DNA of 64,000 nucleotides from Polyangiales bacterium (GTDB lineage Bacteria; Myxococcota_A; Polyangia; Polyangiales; JBDIVX01): NCBI GenBank assembly GCA_039794305.1, contig JBDIVX010000011.1, positions 2,885 to 66,884 of the forward strand, read 5' to 3'. Shown piece by piece: positions 58,795 to 64,000 of this stretch (position 1 is its first letter; each line of letters starts with the position of its first letter). The notes under the pieces were generated by a model. It saw only the letters and a program-made list of their open reading frames with translations, ran no database searches and was not told where the DNA came from. The position numbers and the translations under genes were made by a program.

Positions 58795-61700
58795 TCAGTC
58801 GACCGTGCCTGCCCAGGACGCCGGCAGCGTGAACGACTGCGGGCTCGGGAGCGCCCGCACGATCTCGCCCACGGCGCCGCCGACGGGCCGGGACCCACCG
58901 CCGCTCACCTGCGCCACGAGCTGGAACGCGCCTGGCTCGGACGCCGTGAGGCGGTAGTAGTCGCCGTCGTAGGGGTCAATCTCCGTGGCACCCTCGAAGC
59001 AGCTCGGCCGCTGCGTGATCGCCACGCCCATGATGACCTGGTTGTCGAGCGGCCCGATGAACGAGGTCTCCGGATCGCCGTCTCCGTCCTCGTCGAAGGC
59101 AGGCGTCGGATCGGTCGTCCCCGACTCCGTGTCGCGGTAGTGCACGCCCCACAGGCGGCTGTAGCCGTACGCGCAGGCGTCGGTCGTGTCGGCGGCCGAA
59201 ACGAAAGACCCGAAGTAGACGTGCCCCTCGAACAGCTCGAGCGGACCCGTCACCTGCTCACCGGCCTCCAGCTTGATCTCCCAGTTGAGGGAGGCGGCCA
59301 CGGTGTCCGTGGCGCCGGAGGCCGCGTCGAACTCGAGCTCCTCGGTCAGCGACACCACGCGGTTGGCGGCGAACCCGTCGAGCGCGTCGATCCTGCCCGT
59401 CGCCTGGATGACGACGACCCTGCCGTTCGTGTCCGTGCTCAAGATCGGCGGGTAGTAGGCCGGCTGGCCGTCCGTGGCCTCCCCGTCCCAGAAGATGTCG
59501 TGGAAGGGCGCGGCGTCCCAGTCCGCGATGTCGGGCGACGCCAGATCGAGCCGCCAGATCACGCCGTCGTCGTCGGTGAAGAAAGCGCGCGTCGCGATCG
59601 TGGCCACGTCACCCGTGTAGACCGACATCCCGCCCGTGAGCGGCGCGTTGAACGTGGTGTCGTCCATGACCTTCACGAGCTCGCCCGTCGCCGGGTCGAC
59701 GAAGAACATGGACCGGCCTTTCTCGCTCCAGCAGCGCTGGTTCTCGCGCGCTCGCAGGGTTCCCTCCGTGACCGGAGGCCGCCCCTTGCCGCGACCGGGA
59801 CAGCCGATCGGCTTGGACATGCGCCCGTCCGGCATCGGCTCTGGGGGCGCACACCGACCGCTCGAATCGTAGCTCGTCAGGTCTTCCCCCGCGCCCGCCG
59901 GCAGCAACGCAAGCGCCCGCTCCTGAAGCTCGCCGCCGGCGTTCACCAGCACCTGCGCGAGCGCCGGCGCACCGAGCGTGGCCCCCATGTCGGGGTGGTT
60001 GAACTGCCACATGAACTCGGGCTCGAGGGGATCGGTCACGTCGAGCGCGACGTAGCCGCCGGCACCCCGACCGAGCGGGACGATCATCACCGTCCGCCAG
60101 ATGCCGCCGTCCGAGGCGGCCCCCGGCAGGCGCTTCAAGAAGACGTCCTTCACCAGCGGCGTGCCGTCCACGAGATACTGATGCGACGCCATCGCCGACT
60201 GAAGCCTCGGGAGCACGACGGGCGGGATGAAGCCCCACAGCTCCTCGCCCGCGTGAAGCCTCGTCCCGGCGTGCGGCCCCGCAGTGATGTCCACGTCCTC
60301 GGTCGCGAACGCGTGGAGGATGCCGTCGTTCGTGCCGACGAAGAGCACGGTCGGGCGGTTGGCCACCTCCTCCCGCTGCCGGAAGAGGTTGTAGCTCTCG
60401 TCGGGTAGGTCCTCGGTCGGCGGGCCGACGACCACGGGCGACGAGTGGTAGATGTCGCCGAGCTTGGCGTCCTCGCGGCCCGTGCCGTGGATCCACTGGA
60501 TGACGGCACTACGCTCCGCCGACGTGCTCACGCCGAGGTGCTGAATGGTCAGCCGGGCGTTGGCGACGCTGAAGTCCTCGAGGGCGAGGCCCTCCTCGTC
60601 CGGGCCGGTGTAGTGCCAGCTCGGGCCACCGCCACCACCGCCGCCACCACCACAAACGGCCGGCGCGCCGCCAGGACCGCGGCCCCGGCCGCCGGACACG
60701 TCGGTCGACCCGGTGGGGATGGGCGTCACGCCCGTGTCCTCGCCGACGAGGTGCCCGTCGACGTCATGGTAGTCCGACGGGACGACGGTGAGCAGCCGGC
60801 GGGGCGCCGTGCGCGCGTTCAGGGTCTCGTGGAACTTGTCCTCGGTCTCGACCGGCTGCTCCTCCACGGTCAGCCCGTCGCAGAGGAACCGCCGCCGCTC
60901 GAGCACGCCGCGCCAGGGCCGCGTCCCGTCTTCGGACCCCACGTTGAAGCCCGTGTTGAACTGGTGCTGCCCGGCGCCGGCGCTGCTCTGCGGGGACGTG
61001 AACGTCGGCACCGTGCGCGTCGTCGTCCCGGGCGCGGCCGCGTCGAGCGCCGCCGAGAGCCGCGCCATCAGCGTGCCCCGGTCGTCCGCGAAGAGCGCGC
61101 CCCCCGTACCGCCGAGCGACGCGATGTCGTTCAGCCGCGCGATCGCCGCCGGGTCGGCGATGTCGAACCCGACCACGAACAGGCCGTCGACGAGCCCGTC
61201 GCACCCGCCCGTCGCGCCGCTCAGGCTGCAGAGATCGGCCGCGATCTCCTCGGGACGGTCGTAGGGGCACGACGCGCCCGCCGAGCCGCAGTCGTAGGGG
61301 GGCTCCCTCATGTCGGCGTTGGGGTAGCCGTCGGTCAGCAACAGGACATAGCGGCTCCGGCACTGGAAGTAGGAGTCGCCGCTCCCGGACGTGTCCACGC
61401 GGGCCACGTCCGGGTGGTTCTCGAAGTAGTACCGGACGTCGTCGAGCATTCCGGCGATCGGCGTCGCGCCGAACGGGCGGGTCGACAGGAGCACGCTCTG
61501 GATGTCGGCGTTGATGACCGTGTAGTCGCTCGTCAGGTCGCTCCCCACCGAGACGAGCCTGCCGACCGAGGCGCTCTCGTTCCGGGCGCCGTTGTCGAGC
61601 ATGTAGGGCTCGGCACACCCGGGCAGGCTGAAGGGCCGCGGCTCACCGTAGGAGAAGTCTCCCTTGCTCGACCGGCTGTCGGTGAGGCGCGCCGTGAAGA

Positions 61701-62178
61701 TGGTCGACGTCACGAGCGGCGAGGTATCGGTGAAGGTCCCGAACCCGTCGAAGGTCATCAGACCGAACTTCACGCGGTCCATGTAGCCGTCGAGAATGCC
61801 GTCCGTGAGCTGGGTCGCGTACGACGAGCGGAAGTGTGGGAGGTAGTAGCCGTAGTCGTACTGGCCGACGTAGCTCGCGGCGCTGCGGTCCTCGGTGCTG
61901 CAGGTGAAGTCGCTCATCGTGCCGGTGAGCGCCTCGAGCACGGTGGTCCAGCGGTTCCGATCGGACGTCCCCGGGACCGACGTGCACGTCGGCCGGCACT
62001 CGGTGCAGGCGGGAGTCGAGCACACGCAGGCCGGGAGCTTCTCCATGGAGCCGGACGTGTCCACCAGGAGCATGACGAGCGGGCGCACGTCCCGGATGTC
62101 CGGTGCCTGCGCCTTCGCGCCGGCCGCCGCCCCGACCACCGCGAACGCCGCTACCAACAGTCCGACTATCCGTCCCAT
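58795..62178 (-). CDS. pilY1: Type IV pilus tip adhesin PilY1/PilC with N-terminal vWA domain
   Basis: Signal peptide, MIDAS 'LLVDTSGSM', 'LLTDG', 'LGDIYHSSP', 'GTNDGILHAF', 'ELWGFIP', 'YVALDVTDP', EF-like 'DEDGDGD'. Confidence 0.9.
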   Translation of the reverse strand: MGRIVGLLVAAFAVVGAAAGAKAQAPDIRDVRPLVMLLVDTSGSMEKLPACVCSTPACTECRPTCTSVPGTSDRNRWTTVLEALTGTMSDFTCSTEDRSAASYVGQYDYGYYLPHFRSSYATQLTDGILDGYMDRVKFGLMTFDGFGTFTDTSPLVTSTIFTARLTDSRSSKGDFSYGEPRPFSLPGCAEPYMLDNGARNESASVGRLVSVGSDLTSDYTVINADIQSVLLSTRPFGATPIAGMLDDVRYYFENHPDVARVDTSGSGDSYFQCRSRYVLLLTDGYPNADMREPPYDCGSAGASCPYDRPEEIAADLCSLSGATGGCDGLVDGLFVVGFDIADPAAIARLNDIASLGGTGGALFADDRGTLMARLSAALDAAAPGTTTRTVPTFTSPQSSAGAGQHQFNTGFNVGSEDGTRPWRGVLERRRFLCDGLTVEEQPVETEDKFHETLNARTAPRRLLTVVPSDYHDVDGHLVGEDTGVTPIPTGSTDVSGGRGRGPGGAPAVCGGGGGGGGGPSWHYTGPDEEGLALEDFSVANARLTIQHLGVSTSAERSAVIQWIHGTGREDAKLGDIYHSSPVVVGPPTEDLPDESYNLFRQREEVANRPTVLFVGTNDGILHAFATEDVDITAGPHAGTRLHAGEELWGFIPPVVLPRLQSAMASHQYLVDGTPLVKDVFLKRLPGAASDGGIWRTVMIVPLGRGAGGYVALDVTDPLEPEFMWQFNHPDMGATLGAPALAQVLVNAGGELQERALALLPAGAGEDLTSYDSSGRCAPPEPMPDGRMSKPIGCPGRGKGRPPVTEGTLRARENQRCWSEKGRSMFFVDPATGELVKVMDDTTFNAPLTGGMSVYTGDVATIATRAFFTDDDGVIWRLDLASPDIADWDAAPFHDIFWDGEATDGQPAYYPPILSTDTNGRVVVIQATGRIDALDGFAANRVVSLTEELEFDAASGATDTVAASLNWEIKLEAGEQVTGPLELFEGHVYFGSFVSAADTTDACAYGYSRLWGVHYRDTESGTTDPTPAFDEDGDGDPETSFIGPLDNQVIMGVAITQRPSCFEGATEIDPYDGDYYRLTASEPGAFQLVAQVSGGGSRPVGGAVGEIVRALPSPQSFTLPASWAGTVD

Positions 62179-62189
62179 CGCTCCCTCCA

Positions 62190-62858
62190 TCACCGTCCGA
62201 ACGGTCCCGACACGCCGTGCGCCCTGGCGTCGGTGGCTGCCTCGTGGAACTCGCGAAGATCGGCCGACACGCTGGTCGTGTCCCCGAACCCGACCCGTGC
62301 CGAGTCGATCCGCAGCCGGCCGCGCGAGGTGTAGGTGGCGTGCAGGTACTGCAGCCGGCCGTAGCCGTCCGAGCGATTGCCCTCCATCGCCCCCGTGTAC
62401 GTGTAGTGGTCGTTGACGTCGACGACGAACGACGCCCCATAGGGCTGCCGGTTGCCACCGATCGACTCCACGTCCACGGGCAGGCCGGTTCCGAAGCTCT
62501 CGAGGTCCCGGAGGTACATGCGATACCCCGACTTGTCGTCGGCCAGGTCCGGCTCGTAGGGCGAGAGCGTGGGCTTGTCGAAGCCCAACTCCTGCTGCTG
62601 CTCGATGCTGTACAGGAGCGCCCGCGGCCCCATCCGGTCCATCATCGCGAACCCGGCGTTCAGGCCCGTCTCGGCCAGGTACTGAGACTGCATGCCCTGG
62701 CGGGCGTGGCCCGAGGCCTGGATCTCGAACGTCGTCGAGTGGACCGCGAAGACGCCGAGCGCCGTCGTCGTGAGCAGGACGAGCATGACGACGATCATGG
62801 CGGCGCCCTCCCGCTCCCGGCGGGCGCCTGCGGCTCGGTGATGTCGGTTCGTTCTCAT
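62190..62858 (-). CDS. pilX: Type IV minor pilin PilX-like
   Basis: 'REGAAMIVVMLVLLTTTALG' PilX-type N-terminus lacking Glu5, 'YLAETGL'. Located between pilW and pilY1. Confidence 0.75.
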   Translation of the reverse strand: MRTNRHHRAAGARREREGAAMIVVMLVLLTTTALGVFAVHSTTFEIQASGHARQGMQSQYLAETGLNAGFAMMDRMGPRALLYSIEQQQELGFDKPTLSPYEPDLADDKSGYRMYLRDLESFGTGLPVDVESIGGNRQPYGASFVVDVNDHYTYTGAMEGNRSDGYGRLQYLHATYTSRGRLRIDSARVGFGDTTSVSADLREFHEAATDARAHGVSGPFGR

Positions 62859-64000
62859 GGTCGGATCGCCCTGCTCGCGACGTTGGGGATGAGGATCTCG
62901 GTGCTGGCCGTCCGGACGCGGGCCGCGCCCGGGACCGTCGGGTCGACGTCGAACGCGGTGAGCGGATCGCCTGCGGAGCGGGTGACCGCGGGGAAGCGCG
63001 GGTCTTCGCGCGAGGACCGGAGCGAGAGGCGGACGACGGCCGCGCGTGCCCAGTGCGGGTTGGCCCCCGGGGCGAGGGTGGCCTGGGCCGCCGCGTCGTC
63101 GTCGAGCCGCAGGCTCGGCGGCGCCCCCGCCGTGATGGCCGTGTCGACCACGAAGTCCACGTCGAAGTCCGCGACGTTCTCGGCCACGACCCGCTGCGTG
63201 TTGGCGATGGGGGTCGTGCCGTCGATCTCGATCTCCTGCCGCATGAGGACCGGGCCGTTGGCGCCGATCGCGCCGCTCGCGGCGTTCACCAGGTTGGACC
63301 CGACGACCGACGGATCGACCACCGCGTACTCGACCCGGGAGAGCGGCGAGACCGTCGCGCCGTCGGCGAGCCCGACCACGCAGTGCCCCCCCACCGGGAG
63401 CGACGGCGTGAACTGGATCGCCGCCTGAGCCGGCGTGGCCCCCGTGATCCGGACGAAGAAGTGGTTCCCCTGCCGGGTCTCGATGTGCAGGTAGCTGTCG
63501 GTTCGGAAGACGTCCGAGAACGCCTCCTCCGAGTAGTCGCCCGTGTCGGTCGCGCCGAAGGTCCGCCGGAAGGACTGCCAGTTGCGCTGGAGGTAGATGG
63601 TGTTGCCCCCCGCGCCGAGCCCGATGGCCAGGTACGAGTCGGACGTCGTGTAGTTGCCGGTGAGCCGAAGTCGGTCGGCCTCGACGAGGTTCGCGCCGTC
63701 TGGATCGACGACCGAGCCGTCGGCGTCGTCGAGGAGCTCGACCGCCTGCACCTGCCCCGCCGACGTGTAGCAGGTCTGCTCGCGCGAGCTGTTCGGCGTG
63801 CCGAGGTAGCCCGCCCGCTGCACGTCGCGCCGGATCTGCTCCATCGCCATCCGGAGCGACATCTGCGCCTGGGCCACGCGCTGCTGCTCGTGGAAGTGCT
63901 GGGACGAGGCCGCGCTGACGTAGTAGATGGACGCGATGGCGATCGCGCCGGCGACCAGCGCCACCATCATCTCGAGCAGCGTGAAGCCGGCCTGCCGCGA
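62855..64000 (-). CDS. pilW: Type IV minor pilin PilW-like; start lies beyond the window end
   Basis: Reading from 64000: 'SRQAG|FTLLEMMVAL' prepilin methylation site, 'AMEQIRRDVQRAGY', 'VAENV'. Confidence 0.8.
   Translation of the reverse strand, partial: SRQAGFTLLEMMVALVAGAIAIASIYYVSAASSQHFHEQQRVAQAQMSLRMAMEQIRRDVQRAGYLGTPNSSREQTCYTSAGQVQAVELLDDADGSVVDPDGANLVEADRLRLTGNYTTSDSYLAIGLGAGGNTIYLQRNWQSFRRTFGATDTGDYSEEAFSDVFRTDSYLHIETRQGNHFFVRITGATPAQAAIQFTPSLPVGGHCVVGLADGATVSPLSRVEYAVVDPSVVGSNLVNAASGAIGANGPVLMRQEIEIDGTTPIANTQRVVAENVADFDVDFVVDTAITAGAPPSLRLDDDAAAQATLAPGANPHWARAAVVRLSLRSSREDPRFPAVTRSAGDPLTAFDVDPTVPGAARVRTASTEILIPNVASRAIRP

Overview
Very GC-rich, gene-dense bacterial chromosome segment. 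The gene content points to a myxobacterium, probably Polyangiales: many Cys-rich lipoproteins with DAG/DGG linkers, an FHA-GAF sigma-54 activator, an AgmX/PglI-type C-terminal domain protein and a pilW-pilX-pilY1 cluster. About 44 real CDS are present; most other ORFs in the track are GC-rich shadow frames. Housekeeping content: HlyD/ABC/TetR efflux operon, class II ribonucleotide reductase nrdJ with NrdR-box-like operators, lnt, bioA, two K+/H+ antiporters, a multi-domain USP, ftsK, a UbiA-family phosphoribosyltransferase and type IV minor pilins. I recognised no rRNA, tRNA, CRISPR array or transposase. Best candidates for undescribed systems: (1) a translationally coupled four-gene operon (23243-28507) with a Zn-metallo-phospholipase C-like protein carrying a beta-strand-rich C-terminus, a neutral ceramidase lipoprotein and two paralogous small beta-barrel lipoproteins, consistent with a surface sphingolipid-digestion module; (2) a five-gene MoxR/RavA AAA+ / vWA operon (50943-58118) with two uncharacterised proteins and a TPR-HEAT solenoid, followed by an inverted pair of 33-bp REP-like palindromes; (3) a pair of ~1220-aa TPR-DUF3857-transglutaminase paralogues, one intact and one lacking the catalytic Cys; (4) an RHH-FHA regulator coupled to a helical lipoprotein opposite ftsK. 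Many genes also look leaderless. All family assignments come from motifs recognised by eye; no database searches were run.
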